Source of the DNA: a virus | Taxonomy: Duplodnaviria > Caudoviricetes | Reading direction: 5' to 3' (one strand) | Length of the DNA stretch: 25,524 nucleotides | Virus record (IMG/VR): IMGVR_UViG_3300037722_000081 | Span: 1-25,524 of that record | In this document: piece after piece, positions 18,901 to 24,854 of the stretch | How the letters are laid out: the number at the start of each line of letters is the position of its first letter | How positions within the stretch are numbered: position 1 is the stretch's first letter | The notes under the pieces: model-generated | What the model was told of the DNA's origin: nothing | Databases searched by the model: none | Seen by the model: only the letters and a program-made list of their open reading frames with translations | Program-made: the position numbers and the translations under genes

Positions 18901-19348
18901 CACGGAGAGTGGGACTGCCTTCGTTTATGGGGCAACTCAATTCACGCTCAGCGCATGGAACCACTGGGCGGTGGCCAGATCAGGTACTACAGTACGCGGG
19001 TTCTTGAGTGGTACCCTGGTGTTTACAACTACCGATAGCCGGACGTTCGCCAGCCCACAAGGTGTGTATATCGGGTCCAGCACATCGGCTAGTCAAGGTG
19101 CGATCGGACACATTGATGATGTTCGCATAACGAAAGGTGTTGCGCGATATACTGCGTCGTTCACACCTCCTGACGCACCATTCGATGATAGTGCATCTGG
19201 TGAAGCTGGATATAGAATAAATGGCGAATTGCGGATAGAGTTAGAATCTGTTCGCGATGGACTAACAAGCTACCAGAATCACGATATCACAGTACTCCGC
19301 GAGGGATACGGATTTAATTACGGAAAACTTTATGGAGGGTCGGCATAA
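15965..19348 (+). CDS. Central tail tip / host-specificity protein (gpJ-like) with two inserted carbohydrate-binding-like domains
   Basis: MGG.KKQTIGYKY, PAFRGV, DMNPAHIIRE, LKLIRDDY and RAYRPYPP core motifs. Jelly-roll insert at about 16400-16890 and ConA/LamG-like insert at about 18545-19190. Confidence 0.88.
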   Translation: MGGSKKQTIGYKYSLGIHTVSLKGPVDALKRITFAGDKVVYSGSAIDEQISINKPDAFGGESKEGGVVGSIDVLSGGPTQTKNDYLQSQFGTDIPAFRGVAGLVFRQVQLSNHAYLKPWVERWQRIHVRQDGIAQWYDAKSEIITSKYSFGYDDVWKYKVVSAAEGGSSGVPSEYISPSYDDTAWSTGNGGFGSGGPGAGLGVGTFVAAGEVGKGIWLRKQIDVDVPQYVGDITLDIWHDDGVWIWWNGTPVAVTQDPSQYFHSTATIPVGDITQSNVIVMQVLDSVPDGSPSHIYAGMDILSDGIGHSDMNPAHIIRECITDPDWGSRHPESDCDDADWTPVADALYAEEFGLSYFWDNPNETNDDLKEEILRHIDATLYVSRSTGKFILKLIRDDYDEGSLVTIDESNIARVENYARPSFGELTNTVTVRYWDAYTGNQGAVTVDNPALVQMQGGVNAVTIDYPSITNKSLAVRVALRDLRALSTDLVTCTIYANSAAKSINPGDAFKFEFADYHDGYLIMRADKIAYGDGRSDRVRIECVQDVFSISTIQSVSSNDTEWTDPSQTPDPATYRIVEEAPYYELVQRLGESQTEALLTDNEFAGFLVATAANPGSAINAILNVDAGSGYEDFGVVEFSPYAFLDGDLAQEAGPSTFSITGAVDVDDVVVGTHVQIGSELMRVDAVSSTSITAGRGVLDTVPNAHTDGDVVIFWDEYAGSNEVEYGSSASVDVKLLTSSGAGTVDISAATADTVTFDQRAYRPYPPGNVKINTDAYPEAIGGSDALTVSWSHRDRQLQTAGTLQDTTETDIGPETGTTYTLRIYGETDTLIRTYTGLTGASQEYPVETEKTDSEIPSDTPGDEDFDSVSSLLHMDDTDGSATFTDVTGKTWTTTGNAQIDTDQSKFGGSSGLFDGNGDYITSPSSDDFGFGAGDFTVEGWFRPTSWNTNGFLADFRLNAGNSFMVWCSQSGQLNRLGYSTESGTAFVYGATQFTLSAWNHWAVARSGTTVRGFLSGTLVFTTTDSRTFASPQGVYIGSSTSASQGAIGHIDDVRITKGVARYTASFTPPDAPFDDSASGEAGYRINGELRIELESVRDGLTSYQNHDITVLREGYGFNYGKLYGGSA

Positions 19349-19704
19349 TGGCCGCATCAATCGAGCCACGTTTTAACCTATACCACGGATGGACTCTCGG
19401 AGAGTCCGGGTGGAATACTGGCATGGATGCTAACCTGCTTCGCATCGGTCATGCTGGAGTCCACCTATCAATCATTGATCGTGATTTAACCGCACCGCCT
19501 GGCGGTCCGACTGCGGGCGATACGTATATCCCCGCAGCAACAGCGACGGGTGATTGGGCTACACATGAAGGCGATGTTGCTGTATGGGACGGATCTGAGT
19601 GGCTGTTCTACGTGCCTCGAACTGGGTGGTTGGCGTTTGTTGAAGATGAGGAAAAAATCTCCGTGTACAAGTCTGGTGCGTGGAGTGCCGGGGTAGCGAT
19701 ATGA
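19348..19704 (+). CDS. DUF2793-family virion protein
   Basis: SIIDRDLTAPP..P..GDTYIP....TGDW...VAVW....W.F..PR.GW.A.V.DE motif. Confidence 0.8.
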   Translation: MAASIEPRFNLYHGWTLGESGWNTGMDANLLRIGHAGVHLSIIDRDLTAPPGGPTAGDTYIPAATATGDWATHEGDVAVWDGSEWLFYVPRTGWLAFVEDEEKISVYKSGAWSAGVAI

Positions 19705-19852
19705 CTACTACGACAGAGCCTAATAGCGGGTTATTCACAAACGAAAATTTCACGTCCGGGCAAGCCGGGTGGGCAGATAACTGGGTTGCAAACCAAAAAC
19801 GGATAGGCAGGATAGGGTTTCAACTCACAATCATTGATCGTGATTTAACCGC
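19469..19852 (+). repeat. 25-bp exact direct repeat within the duplicated DUF2793 domains
   Basis: CAATCATTGATCGTGATTTAACCGC at 19469-19493 and 19828-19852. Confidence 0.9.
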
Positions 19853-20909
19853 GCCGCCAGGGTCTCCATCTGACGGCGATACGTATATACCAGCATCAGT
19901 TGCCAGTGGGGATTGGACAGGACTCGAAAACCATGTTGTTGTTTATGAATTGTCTAGCACGTCATGGATAGACTACACGCCAAGAGAGGGATGGACGGCG
20001 TTTGTTTCTGACGAAAATGTATCTATCGGGTATAACGGATCTGCGTGGTTCGATATGACGTTTTCGCTTACTGCCGGAGGCGTTCTAAGCGGCACATACC
20101 CAAATCCAGGGTTTGCCGTAGACATGGCAACGCAGTCAGAACTTGATGCGCATACTGGTGACACAGCAAATCCGCACAGCGTCACCAAGGCGCAAGTTGG
20201 ACTTACAGACGCTGAGGATAAGACGTTTTCAACTGGCGTTGCAGACGCCACGCATGCAGCAACATCGAAATCAACACCGGTCGATGCGGATGAATTGCCT
20301 GTTTCTGATAGCGCAGCATCGTGGGCTATAAAAAAGCTGACGTGGTCTAATATAAAGGCAACGCTCAAGACTTATTTCGATACCCTATACGCAACAGTTT
20401 CTCACACTCACGCGCAAGATTCTGTAAAAATATCACAGCTTGTCGCGTCTGACGGTTCGCCAGATCCAGCAGTATCAGTTGATGCCGCAGGTAACGTAGG
20501 TATTGGAACGGCGGCGCCAGACGCTAATATGCAGGTCAGCGGGACAGGAGTAGTGCTTAATTATACCGAGAGTACAGACGGGGGTCCTGTGCAAATTCGG
20601 ATGCGTACAGATTCGTCGAATAGACGATTTTTAGCCGTCGACAATAGCGACGTAACGGAATCGCAGGTGGAGTTCGCGGCTGGGTTAATAACATTTGCTG
20701 GCACATCAATTACGGCTGATAAATATCTGGAGTTGGATGGTTCTGGGGCCACTGTTACAGGCGACATCATGTTGCCCGCACCAACTGTGCCAGGTTCTGC
20801 ATCCGCAACAGGTACGGCTGGAACAATATCTTGGGACGAAAACTTTTTATATGTGTGCGTTGAAACGGACACATGGAAACGTGCTGGCATTGCAACATGG
20901 GAATCGTAA
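19701..20909 (+). CDS. Tail fibre with N-terminal DUF2793 domain
   Basis: Second DUF2793 copy, then HTGDTANPHSVTKAQVGL and GNVGIGT fibre motifs and a C-terminal GTAG.I.WD.N.LYVCV..DTWKR module. ATG 19701 overlaps the upstream stop. Confidence 0.8.
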   Translation: MTTTTEPNSGLFTNENFTSGQAGWADNWVANQKRIGRIGFQLTIIDRDLTAPPGSPSDGDTYIPASVASGDWTGLENHVVVYELSSTSWIDYTPREGWTAFVSDENVSIGYNGSAWFDMTFSLTAGGVLSGTYPNPGFAVDMATQSELDAHTGDTANPHSVTKAQVGLTDAEDKTFSTGVADATHAATSKSTPVDADELPVSDSAASWAIKKLTWSNIKATLKTYFDTLYATVSHTHAQDSVKISQLVASDGSPDPAVSVDAAGNVGIGTAAPDANMQVSGTGVVLNYTESTDGGPVQIRMRTDSSNRRFLAVDNSDVTESQVEFAAGLITFAGTSITADKYLELDGSGATVTGDIMLPAPTVPGSASATGTAGTISWDENFLYVCVETDTWKRAGIATWES

Positions 20910-21070
20910 AAATATTACTCACTGCATGGTTGCTCCTGGTATCTCCAATGGTGTCGGCCACGGAGTTGTATTGCACTCCTGAGCTGAAAGCCATTGACAC
21001 GATCAAGATCATCATCACACCGGATGGTGTTCGTATCGTCCCGGTCAAACAGAAAGAGGAATCAAAATGA
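20897..21070 (+). CDS. Small exported or membrane-anchored protein
   Basis: MGIVKILLTAWLLLVSPMVSA is signal-peptide-like; 57 aa; coupled to the next gene. Confidence 0.55.
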   Translation: MGIVKILLTAWLLLVSPMVSATELYCTPELKAIDTIKIIITPDGVRIVPVKQKEESK

Positions 21071-21309
21071 AATTACTGTTAGTTGCGCTGGTAACAATCG
21101 CCCTGTCTGGGTGTATTACTGACCCTGTTAGAGATAAAGTCGCTGGTGCTTATGATGTGGGTCTAGAAAAGGCAGAGGGTTTTATTTGTAACGATGCTTC
21201 AATTGGTTCAATTATACGCAAATATGGCATTTCATCTGATAGGGCAAAGGCATGGAAAGACTTTTGCTTTGGTAAGTCTGCACTTGATATAGCAACAGAT
21301 AAAAATTAA
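21067..21309 (+). CDS. Lipoprotein (possible o-spanin or exclusion protein)
   Basis: MKLLLVALVTIALSG-C lipobox; GAGGA RBS; lies in the lysis region. Confidence 0.7.
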   Translation: MKLLLVALVTIALSGCITDPVRDKVAGAYDVGLEKAEGFICNDASIGSIIRKYGISSDRAKAWKDFCFGKSALDIATDKN

Positions 21310-21711
21310 ATGAGTAAAATCACTCCATTAGCTTGTACTAACCTCGGTTGGCTTTCCAAATATAAGTGGCGTCTGGATGAGACCACAACAGTAAGAATTC
21401 CTGTATATGGCATTAGTGCAACTACAAAAGACAGGTGGTTAACACTAGCACCAAATGGTGATCTTACCTATATACGTGGCTACTGTTGGGATGGTGGTAG
21501 CGGCCCAACATGGGATACTGAAAACGTGCGTTATCCTAGTATGGGGCATGATGGCCCTTATCAGCTAATGCGAGAGGGAATAATAGATAGCCAGTGTAAA
21601 TATATCATTGATACGGAACTCGAAATAGCATTGCTAAAGGAAGGTACAAATCCAATAAGGGCCAGAGTATGGTATCTTGGGGTTAAATATTTCGGATGGA
21701 TGAGCCTATGA
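21310..21711 (+). CDS. DUF1353-like protein
   Basis: GYCWDGGS.P, HDGPYQ and RARVWYLGVKYFG motifs. Confidence 0.7.
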   Translation: MSKITPLACTNLGWLSKYKWRLDETTTVRIPVYGISATTKDRWLTLAPNGDLTYIRGYCWDGGSGPTWDTENVRYPSMGHDGPYQLMREGIIDSQCKYIIDTELEIALLKEGTNPIRARVWYLGVKYFGWMSL

Positions 21712-22106
21712 AAAACGAACCTTTCAACTGCGGTATAACGCTAATTAATTTCTCCCCAAGAGAATTCTTTTGCCCGTGCTGCGGCGTGGAGAAGATGAAT
21801 AAAACCACGCTGCTACGCATCCAGCGGCTGCGCACGGACTACGGAAAGCCGATCGGCGTTATCAAAGGCGGCGGATATCGATGCGAGAAATATGAACGAT
21901 CGGGAACATCCGCTCACCGAGAGGGCCGCGCAGTTGATACGGCTCATCCACGCGCCGATCATTTCCTGCTTGTCGATTTGGCATTCAAGCACGGATTCCG
22001 TGGCATTGGTGATAAAAATATCAGTGGCGTCTACCAACTGCATATGGATGATGCGGAAGATATCCCGGTAGTCCGGCCACGCCCCTGGAAGTGGACATAT
22101 CCGTGA
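21708..22106 (+). CDS. Endolysin, peptidase M15 family (Zn peptidase)
   Basis: NF...EF.CPCCG, GYRC, SAH..GRAVD and LHMD zinc-ligand motifs. ATGA overlap with the upstream gene. Confidence 0.85.
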   Translation: MKNEPFNCGITLINFSPREFFCPCCGVEKMNKTTLLRIQRLRTDYGKPIGVIKGGGYRCEKYERSGTSAHREGRAVDTAHPRADHFLLVDLAFKHGFRGIGDKNISGVYQLHMDDAEDIPVVRPRPWKWTYP

Positions 22107-22342
22107 TGGATGAGACCATGTTAATTTCTATCCTGCTTGCCCTGGTCGGTGCCCTATTCGGGTTTCTGGTAGCGATCCTGAGCTGGATGGGCGGCAAGGT
22201 TTATAACAAACTCGCCGAGATGGCCTCGAGTCTGCACCACGTGGAGAACGATCTTCGCGGTCAACTGGCAGATTTAGATCGGAGGATATACGTCGTCGAG
22301 CGGTCGTGTGGTATAGATGTCACGGATCGACGACATACGTAA
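22106..22342 (+). CDS. Single-TM protein with coiled coil (holin-like or inner-membrane lysis protein)
   Basis: Hydrophobic N-terminal helix followed by a heptad-like segment. TGATG coupling to the endolysin; last + strand gene. Confidence 0.55.
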   Translation: MDETMLISILLALVGALFGFLVAILSWMGGKVYNKLAEMASSLHHVENDLRGQLADLDRRIYVVERSCGIDVTDRRHT

Positions 22343-22391
22343 CCACGTCGTTCATCTATATTTGCCTGGGTCCGATGAATATCTGTTAGCC
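22337..22391 (+). other. First recombination site of the cassette array (attI-like or degenerate attC)
   Basis: Ends in core GTTAGCC (22385-22391), preceded by CGATGAA-TATCT (box plus 5-bp spacer). Also has TAAC at 22340-22343 and a TTCATC/GATGAA inverted repeat, but spacing is not canonical attC. Confidence 0.45.
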
Positions 22392-22571
22392 CGCTAGATA
22401 CCGGCCTATTTCTTTCGTATGCCCGCAATGCTCGCACTCCCAGTATTCGACTTGCTGGCATCCATCATCAGCCCAGTCAAGCTTCATCGGCTTCATGTGG
22501 CATACCGGAGGCCGCTGGCTAACAACAGCATCAACATGGGCCGACTGAAGCTGCGCGGTCTCTGTGGTCAT
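22386..22571 (-). CDS. Cassette 1 ORF: small Zn-ribbon-like protein
   Basis: PVCH..M...W.CEHCGH. The TAA stop is the complement of the TTA in the GTTAGCC core. RBS (AGGGG) and ATG lie inside the next attC. Confidence 0.65.
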   Translation of the reverse strand: MTTETAQLQSAHVDAVVSQRPPVCHMKPMKLDWADDGCQQVEYWECEHCGHTKEIGRYLAG

Positions 22572-22622
22572 GTTCAACCCCTGTGGGCCGCTCCAGGCGG
22601 CCAGTTATGCTGGGCGTTAGCC
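22517..22622 (+). mobile_element. attC integron cassette recombination site (106 bp)
   Basis: R'' GGCTAAC, 5 bp, L'' CAT(C)AAC ... L' GTTATG, 6 bp, R' GTTAGCC. Extra-helical C and an imperfect inner stem are present. Confidence 0.85.
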
Positions 22623-22653
22623 GCCGCCAGTCGGAACCAGCTGCGGCAGTTGG

Positions 22654-22854
22654 TTACGCCGGCTCGTAGTTGGCCTCGAAGAAAGCCTGATCAACCAGCC
22701 ATTTGTCGTCAGGGTTAGCGGGGTTGATTGCGATCATGTCGCCCTCTTTCGGGTTGCCTTCGGGCGACACGCTCACACCAGCCAAATCTTCGCCGGGAAC
22801 GTAGTGGCGCATGGGCTGAATCGACTTCTTACGGTAGTTTTGAAACTCGCTCAT
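22654..22854 (-). CDS. Cassette 2 ORF: hypothetical protein
   Basis: MSEFQNYRKK...GDMIAINPANPDDKWLV...FF..NY (66 aa), wholly between two attC sites. Confidence 0.75.
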   Translation of the reverse strand: MSEFQNYRKKSIQPMRHYVPGEDLAGVSVSPEGNPKEGDMIAINPANPDDKWLVDQAFFEANYEPA

Positions 22855-22872
22855 CTTCGTTTTGTTCCAAGC

Positions 22873-22959
22873 GGCTAACAAAAATTTCCACCCGACGCCG
22901 GGAAGTCCGGCGCTTGCCCTGGCCGCCGTGCAGGGCGCGGGTGAAATTAGGCGTTAGTC
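22873..22959 (+). mobile_element. attC integron cassette recombination site (87 bp)
   Basis: R'' GGCTAAC, AAAAA, L'' TTT(C)CACCCG(A)CGCC ... GGCG CGGGTG AAA, TTAGGC, R' GTTAGTC. Both canonical extra-helical bases are present. Confidence 0.92.
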
Positions 22960-23127
22960 GTCAAGGTCGATCACCTTTGAAAAAGTGCCAAGATCGCTGT
23001 CGTTGTCGTTGCACCACACGTCTGCGCTTGCCGCAGTATCAAATGTGCGCGCTTCGCCGTCTGCTACAGTTACCAGTCCAGCATCGTAAATTCTTCGCTC
23101 CCCGCTCCATGTTAAAATCACAAACAT
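22954..23127 (-). CDS. Cassette 3 ORF: 57-aa acidic hypothetical protein (not in the ORF track)
   Basis: Hand translation gives MFVILTWSGERRIYDAGLVTVADGEARTFDTAASADVWCNDNDSDLGTFSKVIDLDD. Strong AAGGAGG RBS. The TAA stop lies in the R' core of the attC at 22953. Confidence 0.8.
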   Translation of the reverse strand: MFVILTWSGERRIYDAGLVTVADGEARTFDTAASADVWCNDNDSDLGTFSKVIDLDD

Positions 23128-23147
23128 GCTCGCCTCCTTAAAAAGCC

Positions 23148-23226
23148 GCCTAACCCGGCGGTCAAGTTCGCTACACTTCGTTCCGCTCGGGCGGGCTATC
23201 GCCCGCCGCTTACCTTTGCGTTATGG
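23148..23226 (+). mobile_element. attC integron cassette recombination site (79 bp)
   Basis: R'' GCCTAAC, CCGGC, L'' GGT(C)AAG ... internal hairpin GGCGGGC-TATC-GCCCGCC ... L' CTTACC, TTTGC, R' GTTATGG. Confidence 0.88.
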
Positions 23227-23228
23227 CG

Positions 23229-23453
23229 CTACCAATCCACGCCAGCAACATCAAACTCGACGCTGCACTCCGGGCAAATGGCTTGGCACTTGAATTGCTC
23301 ATGTGAATCCATCCAGCATTTCTCTGGCAGCACGTTATTAAGCAGCCAGCCGTCATCATTCAGGCTAGTGTCGGCGACCAAATCAAAATAATGCCCGCAC
23401 TCAGGACATTCCGCGTTTAACTCAATTACAAGAGTGGGTTTTACTGGTTCCAT
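23229..23453 (-). CDS. Cassette 4 ORF: Zn-finger protein (two CPEC motifs)
   Basis: CPECG...CPECS. Stop lies 2 bp from the GTTATGG core; the 5' end overlaps the 3' end of ninB. Confidence 0.75.
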   Translation of the reverse strand: MEPVKPTLVIELNAECPECGHYFDLVADTSLNDDGWLLNNVLPEKCWMDSHEQFKCQAICPECSVEFDVAGVDW

Positions 23454-23904
23454 CCAAAACATCCTCGTAATATTTAATTGCCGGATCAGACCAGATCACA
23501 CCAAGATCACTACCGTAGGCATACAGAAATGCCACGAATGCAGACGCCTCAGCGACTCGAAACCGTCTGCTACTCGCCCTGATCGTGACAGTCCGCATGC
23601 CGTCCAGGCTTGGTATTACTCGGCCTGGATGCGATAATGGCGTGCCCTGTCGCTTCATTTCTTCGCTGAACTCGTCTATCAGAAGGGCCTTCCAGGTCTC
23701 ATCATCGTATTTTCGGCCATCTACCTCAGTCCGTGCGATATCTGCTATCAGAGCATGATATAGACGCTCCTGATCGCGGGATTTGCTGGGTCGCTGGATA
23801 GTGACCTCGACCGGTCCGCCGATCAGAGCTTTCATCACGGCATCGGACGCAACAGCCATGCTGTCGCGCATGTTATATGCCTCTTTGATGATGATTGATC
23901 TCAC
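23422..23904 (-). CDS. ninB: NinB/Orf-family recombination protein (copy 1)
   Basis: KSRDQERLYHALIADIA, ETWK, PSLDG, SSRRF...F...LYAYG..LGVIWS match the NinB/YbcN pattern. Confidence 0.8.
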   Translation of the reverse strand: MRSIIIKEAYNMRDSMAVASDAVMKALIGGPVEVTIQRPSKSRDQERLYHALIADIARTEVDGRKYDDETWKALLIDEFSEEMKRQGTPLSHPGRVIPSLDGMRTVTIRASSRRFRVAEASAFVAFLYAYGSDLGVIWSDPAIKYYEDVLDGTSKTHSCN

Positions 23905-24122
23905 GATTCAGATCCCTGCTCTACCATCCTGAGAGATGCCGGACCGCCAACGTAGTGCCGGCCGTCCGACGTGAACGACTTTATGTATTTCCTGCCGTCG
24001 AATCTTGTAAATTCGACATACACGGGATATGTATATCCTGGTTTAGAAGTGGATGTTACTATTCCCGGGCCGAAGGATTTTGAATAAACCCTATCGCAGG
24101 ACTTGAATTTTATACCGCTCAT
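23901..24122 (-). CDS. Small SH3/KOW-like hypothetical protein
   Basis: FKSCDRVYSKSFGPGIV...YPVYVEF...FTSDGR; GTGA overlap with ninB. Confidence 0.65.
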   Translation of the reverse strand: MSGIKFKSCDRVYSKSFGPGIVTSTSKPGYTYPVYVEFTRFDGRKYIKSFTSDGRHYVGGPASLRMVEQGSES

Positions 24123-24173
24123 GGATCACATTCCTGTTACAGGAAACAAAATTGTTGGCATATTGACATATCA

Positions 24174-24752
24174 TCAATCAATGCTGATAATTTCCCTAAA
24201 CCGTTTTTCCATTTCATCACCCGCAGCCAACGCAGCAGCCCGCGCAGCCCGCGCAGCCCACGCAGCCCGCGCAGCCCACGCAGCCCGCGCAGCCCACGCA
24301 GCATCCCCCGCAGCAGCCCCCGCAGCAGCCCACGCAGCAGCCTCCGCAGCCCACGCAGCATCCTGCGCAGCCCACGCAGCATCCCCCGCAGCAGCCCACG
24401 CAGCAGCCTCCGCAGCCCACGCAGCAGCCTCCGCAGCATCCATATCTTCTTTTGTGGCATCGCAGGTCGCGTACCGCTCTGCTACATCCAGAGCATCGAT
24501 AGATCGCTGGTCGGTCATAAGATGTTGCACCTTGCGTGCGCACCACACCGCGTACAGTATCCATTCCCGGTCATGATCTGGAGCTGACCGTGTGCACCAA
24601 AGTGCATCATCCAGACCGTTACTGTCGATGATCGTCTCAAAGCTAAGCGGCTCATCGTCCGCTTTCGTTTTTCCGAGATGCGTTAGCAGTTTCTCCCAGC
24701 CATCTGTGCAGGGTGAGCACTCCCGGATTTTATTTAGCGTGGTGTAGATCAT
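24174..24752 (-). CDS. Ala/Trp-repeat protein (Imm5-like domain)
   Basis: AVWCAR.V...D.RS..ALDVAERYA followed by AAWAA/AA.AA repeats, a common phage family. AAGGA RBS and its own promoter. Confidence 0.75.
   Translation of the reverse strand: MIYTTLNKIRECSPCTDGWEKLLTHLGKTKADDEPLSFETIIDSNGLDDALWCTRSAPDHDREWILYAVWCARKVQHLMTDQRSIDALDVAERYATCDATKEDMDAAEAAAWAAEAAAWAAAGDAAWAAQDAAWAAEAAAWAAAGAAAGDAAWAARAAWAARAAWAARAARAAALAAGDEMEKRFREIISID
24223..24438. repeat. Coding tandem repeat of 9- and 12-bp GCAGCC-based units
   Basis: Repeated GCAGCCCGC / GCAGCCCAC / GCAGCAGCC units encoding (A)AWAA(R/E/G). Confidence 0.9.
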
Positions 24753-24788
24753 GCATATGTCCTTTTCGGCATCTATATGGTTGACGTG

Positions 24789-24823
24789 TGGGCATTATGC
24801 CCATGCCTGTTGACTGCTGTCAA
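24789..24823 (-). promoter_or_regulatory. Leftward sigma70-type promoter overlapped by two palindromes
   Basis: Minus-strand TTGACA (24823-24818), 18 bp, CATAAT (24799-24794). Palindromes TGGGCAT-T-ATGCCCA (24789-24803) and TTGAC-TGCT-GTCAA (24810-24823). Confidence 0.7.
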
Positions 24824-24830
24824 TAGTCAT

Positions 24831-24851
24831 CCCCTTAGCTATGCGTTATGC
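24831..24851 (+). mobile_element. Right half of an attC site (L'-R' only)
   Basis: CCC-CTTAGC, TATGC, GTTATGC has the same layout as the right arm of the 23148-23226 site. No left arm is visible; the promoter occupies that position. Confidence 0.55.
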
Positions 24852-24854
24852 CTC

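Noticed and set aside
19348-20050. Diversity-generating retroelement TR/VR pair
   Set aside because: Differences between the copies are not adenine-specific, both copies are coding, and no reverse transcriptase is in the window.
22419-23141. + strand ORFs 22419-22718 and 22728-23141 as canonical sense cassette genes
   Set aside because: They cross attC sites, lack clear RBSs and are Arg/Pro-rich like shadow frames. The - strand ORFs fit the cassette boundaries.
22337-23226. CRISPR array or rho-independent terminators as an explanation of the hairpins
   Set aside because: The units are not identical repeats, are spaced by whole genes and lack U-tracts. Box spacing and bulges match attC.
24091-24174. 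27-codon - strand ORF starting in a TGATG overlap with the Imm5-like stop
   Set aside because: It overlaps the next gene out of frame and has no independent support.
24103-24576. Alternative-frame ORFs (LRGLRG..., CGGCCV..., AAHAA...) over the repeat
   Set aside because: These are by-products of a stop-free GC-rich repeat. Only 24174-24752 has an RBS, a promoter and family-like flanking sequence.
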